DNA from: Acaryochloris marina S15
GTDB lineage: Bacteria; Cyanobacteriota; Cyanobacteriia; Thermosynechococcales; Thermosynechococcaceae
NCBI RefSeq assembly: GCF_018336915.1
Contig: NZ_CP064923.1
Location: 3,465,293 to 3,489,292 of the forward strand
Length of the DNA stretch: 24,000 nt
Direction: 5' to 3'
Numbering within the stretch: position 1 is the first letter of the stretch; each line of letters starts with the position of its first letter. Made by a program: the position numbers and the translations under genes. This document shows positions 19,392 through 24,000 of the stretch, piece by piece. A model generated the notes under the pieces. The model was given only the letters and a program-made list of their open reading frames with translations, had not been told where the DNA came from and did no database searches.

Positions 19392-20042
19392 TCAGTACCT
19401 TCTCTGCTCTATTCGCTGGGGGGATAGGGTTGGGCTCGCGGGCTTGGCAACGGAAGGAGGCTTGATGGCAGACTTCTCTGTAGCCACAGGCTTCTCGGGT
19501 GCACGAGTGGGTTCTGGGCGAATAGGCTTAGGAGCCTGCAAGGGCTCAGATGAATCTGCTGCACTCACAGATGGAGGCGCTGCACTCACAGATGGAGGCG
19601 CTGCACTCACAGATGGAGGCGCTGCACTCACAGATGGAGGCGCTGCACTCACAGATGGAGGTGTTGCACTCACAGATGGAGGCGCTGCACTCACAGATGG
19701 AGGTGCTGCTAAAGTCTCAGCGGGTTTTGAGGGTTGTTTACGCAGCTCAAGAATTTGTTGTTTTTTGGGTCGATCTTGCTTGACTGGCTTGGCAATGGGG
19801 CGAGGCTTTTGCGCACTGCCTTCCTTGGCAGCAGCCGGCTTGCGGTTGGGCTGATTTGCCTTTTGGCTAGATGGATGATTTTTGGCAGCAGATCGAATTT
19901 TTGCGGCTTCATCCTCAGTAATCGTACTGCTGTGATTTTTGACAGCAATATCGAGCTGATCGCATACTGCCAAAATGTCTTTGTTCTCCAAATTTAACTC
20001 TCTTGATAGCTCGTAAATTCTAATTTTGTGATTATTACTCAT
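19392..20042 (-). CDS. infB: IF-2 N-terminal region (IF2_N domain plus Pro/Ala/Lys-rich linker), in a different frame from the IF-2 core
   Basis: [46 protein letters not shown] is the conserved IF2 N-terminal domain. It is followed by a low-complexity linker containing 7 copies of the SAAPPSV repeat. It ends at TGA 19392-19394, 26 nt before the ATG of the core ORF. Confidence 0.85.
   Translation of the reverse strand: MSNNHKIRIYELSRELNLENKDILAVCDQLDIAVKNHSSTITEDEAAKIRSAAKNHPSSQKANQPNRKPAAAKEGSAQKPRPIAKPVKQDRPKKQQILELRKQPSKPAETLAAPPSVSAAPPSVSATPPSVSAAPPSVSAAPPSVSAAPPSVSAAPPSVSAADSSEPLQAPKPIRPEPTRAPEKPVATEKSAIKPPSVAKPASPTLSPQRIEQRRY
19558..19710. repeat. 21-bp tandem repeat, 7 full copies plus a 6-nt partial copy (gctgcactcacagatggaggc on the + strand)
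   Basis: Units start at 19558, 19579, 19600, 19621, 19642, 19663 and 19684. The first four are identical and the last three differ by 1-2 nt. On the minus strand they encode (S-A-A/T-P-P-S-V)x7 within infB. Confidence 0.95.
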
Positions 20043-20344
20043 CCACTGGCCCCTTTAGTCTCCTGTGATCTTACATAGTTCTACCCTTTACGTTTTTGGG
20101 ATAAGGATATGTTTGATGTTACTTTTTGGTCTTTTTGCGTTCCATTGGCATAGCTGATTGCCCAGCTAATAGTAAGGATAAAAACTCCTTCTTAAGCATT
20201 ATCCATGCTGTTTGACAAACTTGCGAGTGGGAAGTAAAACTTTCACTGTTCGTTTGGTGGAGCTAACGCTTTATCTAGCATCCACTTTATGGGAAGGATG
20301 ATCAAGCAATATTGCTATTATCAACTATTTTTTGTTGGCATTGG

Positions 20345-20396
20345 CTGAAAGATGCCATAGCGTTAGCAAATGATTATTCGTTATGGCATCTTTCAG
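20345..20396. other. perfect 15-bp inverted repeat (ctgaaagatgccata ... tatggcatctttcag) with a 22-nt loop, in the nusA-infB spacer
   Basis: Arms 20345-20359 and 20382-20396 are exact reverse complements. No U-tract follows on either strand, so this is not a canonical intrinsic terminator. Confidence 0.7.
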
Positions 20397-20483
20397 AAAT
20401 TCTGGATATTGAAGAGAGTCAGGCATCTTGAAGGATTTATGACATCAGATTGCAGGTCCAGATACAAAGATCTATCTGCAACA

Positions 20484-21845
20484 TTACTCTTCCATGTCTT
20501 CAGACGTGTTGACTGCCTCCTCTACTTCTGGGGATTCATCTTCCTCCACATGGGCTGAAAGTTCTTCGCTTGAGGCTTCGCTACTCGATTCAGCACCAGC
20601 ATCTGATACTTCAGGCATCTCCAGGTCAGGTTGTTCCACTTCAATGGCGATTTCATCCTCATCGACTTTCTGGGCTTGAAGTTCGCTCAATTGCAGATCT
20701 TCAGCTTCTTGATCATAGTTGGCAATATCTTTGATATCGATTTTCCACCCAGTTAGACGAGCCGCTAACCGGACGTTCTGGCCTTCTTTACCAATCGCCA
20801 AACTTAGCTGATCTTCGGCAACGAGGACATGGGCTTGGCGTTCTTCAGTATCAATCAGACGAACCGCATCAACTCTAGCAGGACTGAGGGCATTGGCAAT
20901 ATAGGTGGCTGGATCAGGGGACCAGCGAATAACATCAATCTTTTCGCCTCTGAGTTCATTCACCACAGCTTGAATTCTGGACCCTCGGGCACCAATACAG
21001 GCACCGACGGGATCGACTTCTCGTTCTAAGGTGTCCACAGCAATTTTGGTGCGGGGACCAACCTGACGAGAGGGGGGATTGGCTTCTCGGGCGACGGCAA
21101 CAATCCGAACGACCTCATCTTCAATTTCTGGGACTTCATTGGCAAATAGATAGACGACTAAGCCTGCATCGGCTCTAGAGACAACTAATTGAGGTCCCCG
21201 ATGAGGACCATCCGCCACTCGCTTGAGGAACACTTTAAAGGTGGCATTGGCCCGATAGTTGTCATTGGGAAGCTGTTCGCGCTTGGGCAATTCAGCTTCA
21301 ACTTCTGGTTGCCCAAATGCACTGGTGACGGCCATGATCACAGAACGACGCTCAAATCGAAGTACACGAGCTTGTAATACAGTTTTTTCGAGGTCCTGAA
21401 ACTCTTCTTGAATGAGTTTGCGCTGTTGATCCCTCAGCTTTTGGGATAGAACCTGCTTGGTTTGGATGGCAGCCATCCGTCCAAATTCATTCTGCTCGGG
21501 GGTCACATCTAGGACAACGGTATCGCCGAGTTGAGCTTCGGGAGCGACTTCTCGTACTTCAGTCAATGCAATTTGGTGGTCGGTACTTTCCACATCATCA
21601 ACGATCATTTTGGTTGCTAGAACCAGAAAGCCTTCTTCTTCGATATCCAGTTCGACATCGAAATTATAAAAATATTCTTCGTCGAATTGAGCCCCACTAT
21701 CTAAGAGTAGGGTACGTCGATAGCGCTCATAGCCTTTCAGAAGGGCCTCTTGCAGGGCAGCTTGTACCGCAGGTTTGGGAAGATTACGTTCACGGCTGAT
21801 CACATTAATCATTTCCGCTAAACCAGGTAACTGGACCATGGACAT
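20484..21845 (-). CDS. nusA: transcription termination/antitermination factor NusA
   Basis: 453 aa. It has a NusA N-terminal domain (INVISRERNLPKPAVQAALQEALLKGYER), an S1 region and two KH domains with GxxG (IGARGSRIQ, IGKEGQNVRLAARLTGWKIDI). The C-terminal tail is highly acidic. Confidence 0.93.
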   Translation of the reverse strand: MSMVQLPGLAEMINVISRERNLPKPAVQAALQEALLKGYERYRRTLLLDSGAQFDEEYFYNFDVELDIEEEGFLVLATKMIVDDVESTDHQIALTEVREVAPEAQLGDTVVLDVTPEQNEFGRMAAIQTKQVLSQKLRDQQRKLIQEEFQDLEKTVLQARVLRFERRSVIMAVTSAFGQPEVEAELPKREQLPNDNYRANATFKVFLKRVADGPHRGPQLVVSRADAGLVVYLFANEVPEIEDEVVRIVAVAREANPPSRQVGPRTKIAVDTLEREVDPVGACIGARGSRIQAVVNELRGEKIDVIRWSPDPATYIANALSPARVDAVRLIDTEERQAHVLVAEDQLSLAIGKEGQNVRLAARLTGWKIDIKDIANYDQEAEDLQLSELQAQKVDEDEIAIEVEQPDLEMPEVSDAGAESSSEASSEELSAHVEEDESPEVEEAVNTSEDMEE

Positions 21846-21910
21846 AGGCTTACTCCTTGCTGAACTAGGGTGTGAGGGAGAGATTCGAGGCTGGATAAAT
21901 ATCTAGGGAG

Positions 21911-22375
21911 TTATTCAGGAGAGTCGTGGAGCTGCACCTGAAGAATTTCTTCCCGGGGAATCTTGATGGGGCGACCTTTTTGATTGAGCCGGACAAATTT
22001 CTCATCTCGACCCGTGAGGTTACCCATCCATTGGTGATGGCCTCGATAGGGCTGATGGGTTTGAATGAGTACGGGAAAACCTCTGAAGGAAACGAAGTCG
22101 CGATCGCAAGTCAGTAGTGTCGACAGCCCTGGGCTAGAAATCTCTAGCACATAGGCATCTGGAAAAACATCATCCTCATCCAAGACCGTTTCCAAGGCGC
22201 GACTCATTTTCTCGCAATCTTCCAAACCAGTATCTGCATCACAATTGCGAATATCAACCCGCAACACAGGCGGATTTTGGTTGGTCTGAAACACAGCGCC
22301 CACCACTTCCAGATTAAATTGGGCTGCAACAGGGGCAGCCAGGTCGATCACTTTAGGGATTAATGGATGTGTCAT
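21911..22375 (-). CDS. rimP: ribosome maturation factor RimP
   Basis: 154 aa with ...YVLEISSPGLS..L (the RimP EVSSPG-type motif). It occupies the conserved position directly upstream of nusA. Confidence 0.85.
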   Translation of the reverse strand: MTHPLIPKVIDLAAPVAAQFNLEVVGAVFQTNQNPPVLRVDIRNCDADTGLEDCEKMSRALETVLDEDDVFPDAYVLEISSPGLSTLLTCDRDFVSFRGFPVLIQTHQPYRGHHQWMGNLTGRDEKFVRLNQKGRPIKIPREEILQVQLHDSPE

Positions 22376-22393
22376 GGAGATAACCCTGACAAT

Positions 22394-22416
22394 AAAAAAA
22401 GTGGGTTAACACCCAC
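22394..22416 (-). terminator. intrinsic terminator-type hairpin plus U7, 18 nt upstream of the rimP start codon
   Basis: The minus strand reads GGTGGGT-gtta-ACCCAC-TTTTTTT. It has a GC-rich 6-7 bp stem, a tetraloop and a T7 run (A7 at 22394-22400 on the + strand). Confidence 0.65.
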
Positions 22417-22445
22417 CTTGAAAGCTCAAACCAAAAGCATGAGCC

Positions 22446-22461
22446 GTGGGCAGACGCCCAC
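22446..22461 (-). promoter_or_regulatory. second GC-rich tetraloop hairpin (GTGGGC-gtct-GCCCAC) upstream of the rimP-proximal terminator
   Basis: Read directly from the sequence. It has the same GTGGG / CCCAC stem core as the 22394-22416 hairpin. On the minus strand a U-rich stretch (gcttttggttt) begins 8 nt after the stem. Confidence 0.45.
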
Positions 22462-22525
22462 CAAGGTCCTAGTGTAGCGCAGCCCGACGCAGTTTGGATT
22501 AATTGGCAAGAGATGAATAGACAGA

Positions 22526-24000
22526 CTAAGAGCGAGAAGAGCCTGGAATCACCTGAACAGCAGGTAACTGACCCGAATCACGGGTGACTTGGCGCAAATG
22601 TTCAACCTCTGCAGCGGCTCCCTCTCCATCTTTAGACTCTAGGCGTTGCAAAATCGTGAGTTTAGTTTCTTCCAAAAAGTCTGTAAGTAGGGACTGAATT
22701 TCATCTAGGGTTTCTTGATTTTGAAGCTCACCCCGTAAGGCATCCGTGAAATGTTCTCCTAGCTGATCGAAAATATCTTTGCCCTTCTGATCGTTTAAGA
22801 CCTTCGTCAGAGTGGACTGGGAGGTTTGGGTAAGTTGTTTCGACACTTGTTCGGCAATCACATTGGGAAGCGTCATCATCCCGGGCAGTTGCTGGGCTTG
22901 TCGATAAAAAGGAATATCGCTCAAGGCCTCCACAATGGCATGGCGGATCACATTTTCTAAATCGGGGGTGAGCTGGGGCAGCACTTTATAAATGGTGATC
23001 TTGACGGCCTGGAGAATCAGCTCCTCCAACTCGTTTACTTCGTTAATCTCAACGGTGTCAGTTTCAGGATTCAGTAACCATTGTTCAATCACCCCTTGCT
23101 CAATAGCATCCTGAGCAATGCCAACGGACTGAACCAGGACGATTTCCGTCATGTCTCCCGCCAGACTTTCGGCTAAGAACCGATTAATTTGAGTCTGCAT
23201 CCGGCTGAGATTAATCCAGCCCACCTGATGCAGTCGCAATGTGATTGGCAAAATGCGCAGAATTCGCCAAATCGGTATAAAAAAGAGCAGATCATACCAG
23301 CGCCAAAAAATCGTATCTTTCCAACTGGTCCCCTGGCGGCGGCGACTCAGGTAGAAGGTTCGGACCAAATAGTCCAATCCAAACAGGAGAACAAAGGGCA
23401 AATCAATAATGACAAAGAAGTCAACAAAATCGCCGCTTTCTCCAAAGGGACGATAGTAGTTAGAGGCGATCAGCGGTCGAATATCTTTATTAAAAAATTC
23501 GAGCTCCCGCGTCCATAAATTCTTCTTCAGGTAATCGACACTCCAAAACTCCCGAAAGGAGCCCTTGGCCGACTCATTATCCAGTTGCTCTCGCATCCGG
23601 TTCTTGATTTTCTCTAGAGTCCCGGTTTTGTTGGCAAGCTCAAATGGATTCTCATCCACCATTTCTGCACTCTGCCCTCTCAGCTGCTCCAATAACTTTT
23701 GGAGTTCAGCTCCTTCCGTCCCCGACTTCGCCAGCTGTTGCTCAACTTGATCCACCGTTTCCAGATATTTCTGAGTATCCCGATTGGCCACGATCCCTTT
23801 AATGGGGTCATAGAGTTCTGTGATTTGAGGCAGTCGACTTAAATAAAAATCTCGAAGCGGGATGTAGGTGATGTTGAAGAGCACTAAGCTTAAATTCGCT
23901 AGGGCAGCTAGGGCCATCAGTCGATCTAAGCCCAATAACCAAGGATTACGTCGAGTTCGTCGTCTCTTATATTGCTTCGTGTTGTTGCGACTAACGGGGG
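22526..24000 (-). CDS. membrane protein with a voltage-sensor-like (ion_trans S3-S4-like) segment and a long helical C-terminal region; the 5' end is probably outside the window
   Basis: The tracked start at 23935 is TTG, and the frame stays open to nt 24000 (...SRNNTKQYKRRRTRRNPWLLGLDRL...). Hydrophobic segments are LMALAALANLSLVLFNITYIPL, FVDFFVIIDLPFVLLFGLDYLV and WYDLLFFIPIW, followed by RILRILPITLRLH. No pore or selectivity motif is present. The C-terminal 220 aa are Glu/Gln/Leu-rich and helical. Confidence 0.6.
   Translation of the reverse strand, partial: PVSRNNTKQYKRRRTRRNPWLLGLDRLMALAALANLSLVLFNITYIPLRDFYLSRLPQITELYDPIKGIVANRDTQKYLETVDQVEQQLAKSGTEGAELQKLLEQLRGQSAEMVDENPFELANKTGTLEKIKNRMREQLDNESAKGSFREFWSVDYLKKNLWTRELEFFNKDIRPLIASNYYRPFGESGDFVDFFVIIDLPFVLLFGLDYLVRTFYLSRRRQGTSWKDTIFWRWYDLLFFIPIWRILRILPITLRLHQVGWINLSRMQTQINRFLAESLAGDMTEIVLVQSVGIAQDAIEQGVIEQWLLNPETDTVEINEVNELEELILQAVKITIYKVLPQLTPDLENVIRHAIVEALSDIPFYRQAQQLPGMMTLPNVIAEQVSKQLTQTSQSTLTKVLNDQKGKDIFDQLGEHFTDALRGELQNQETLDEIQSLLTDFLEETKLTILQRLESKDGEGAAAEVEHLRQVTRDSGQLPAVQVIPGSSRS

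Noticed and set aside
19558-19710. Possible CRISPR array, given regularly spaced identical 21-bp units
   Set aside because: The units are directly adjacent with no spacers, keep the infB reading frame and encode a heptad peptide. No cas genes are nearby. This is a coding tandem repeat, not a CRISPR array.
19168-19854. 228-aa + strand ORF (with GGAALTD repeats) antisense to infB and spanning the frameshift region
   Set aside because: It is the mirror image of the Pro/Ala/Ser-rich infB linker and its 21-bp repeats. The Gly/Ala/Arg-rich composition and absence of stops are expected on the antisense of such a sequence. It has no RBS or independent evidence.
20370-20558. 62-aa + strand ORF, and small minus-strand ORFs of 33 and 26 codons, in the nusA-infB spacer as possible ylxR remnants or micro-proteins
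   Set aside because: None carries YlxR-like Cys/Arg motifs. The + strand ORF overlaps the nusA 3' end and the hairpin arm. The 33-codon ORF is largely the hairpin sequence itself. There is no support beyond being open.

Overview
This is a cyanobacterial chromosomal segment made almost entirely of core housekeeping genes. The cyanobacterial origin rests on 8 exact copies of the HIP1 octamer GCGATCGC, a petL gene, a Gap1-type GAPDH and a rimP-nusA-infB cluster. Gene order is: 3' end of a P-type ATPase (+), pyk (-), gap1 (+), GST (-), a membrane-anchored diheme cytochrome c (-), a ClC-CBS-USP-USP anion channel or transporter (-), a lone DppC/OppC-type ABC permease (-), murA (+), an Fcy1-type cytosine deaminase (-), gatB (-), petL (-, too short for the ORF track), a 115-aa hypothetical (-), a small secreted Cys-containing protein (+), a three-gene GT2 / hexapeptide acetyltransferase / GT2 operon (+), an 82-aa hypothetical (-), infB in two frames (-), nusA (-), rimP (-), and a membrane protein with a voltage-sensor-like segment that runs off the window (-). 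I found no tRNA or rRNA genes, CRISPR arrays, transposases, integrases, phage genes or recognisable defence genes. I do not see a convincing self-contained novel multi-gene system. Six observations deserve follow-up. (1) infB is interrupted by a frame change at a C6 run, leaving an N-terminal ORF and a complete IF2 core ORF. (2) A 7-copy 21-bp tandem repeat lies inside infB. (3) The nusA-infB spacer is AT-rich, has no ylxR gene and carries a perfect 15-bp-stem hairpin. (4) Two similar terminator-type hairpins sit directly in front of rimP and may form an attenuator. (5) The ClC protein has Gln in place of the gating glutamate and is fused to two USP domains. (6) The accessory-looking block at 12.9-16.8 kb holds the secreted protein, the sugar-modification operon and small orphans. 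All functional calls rest on motif recognition by eye; no database search was possible.
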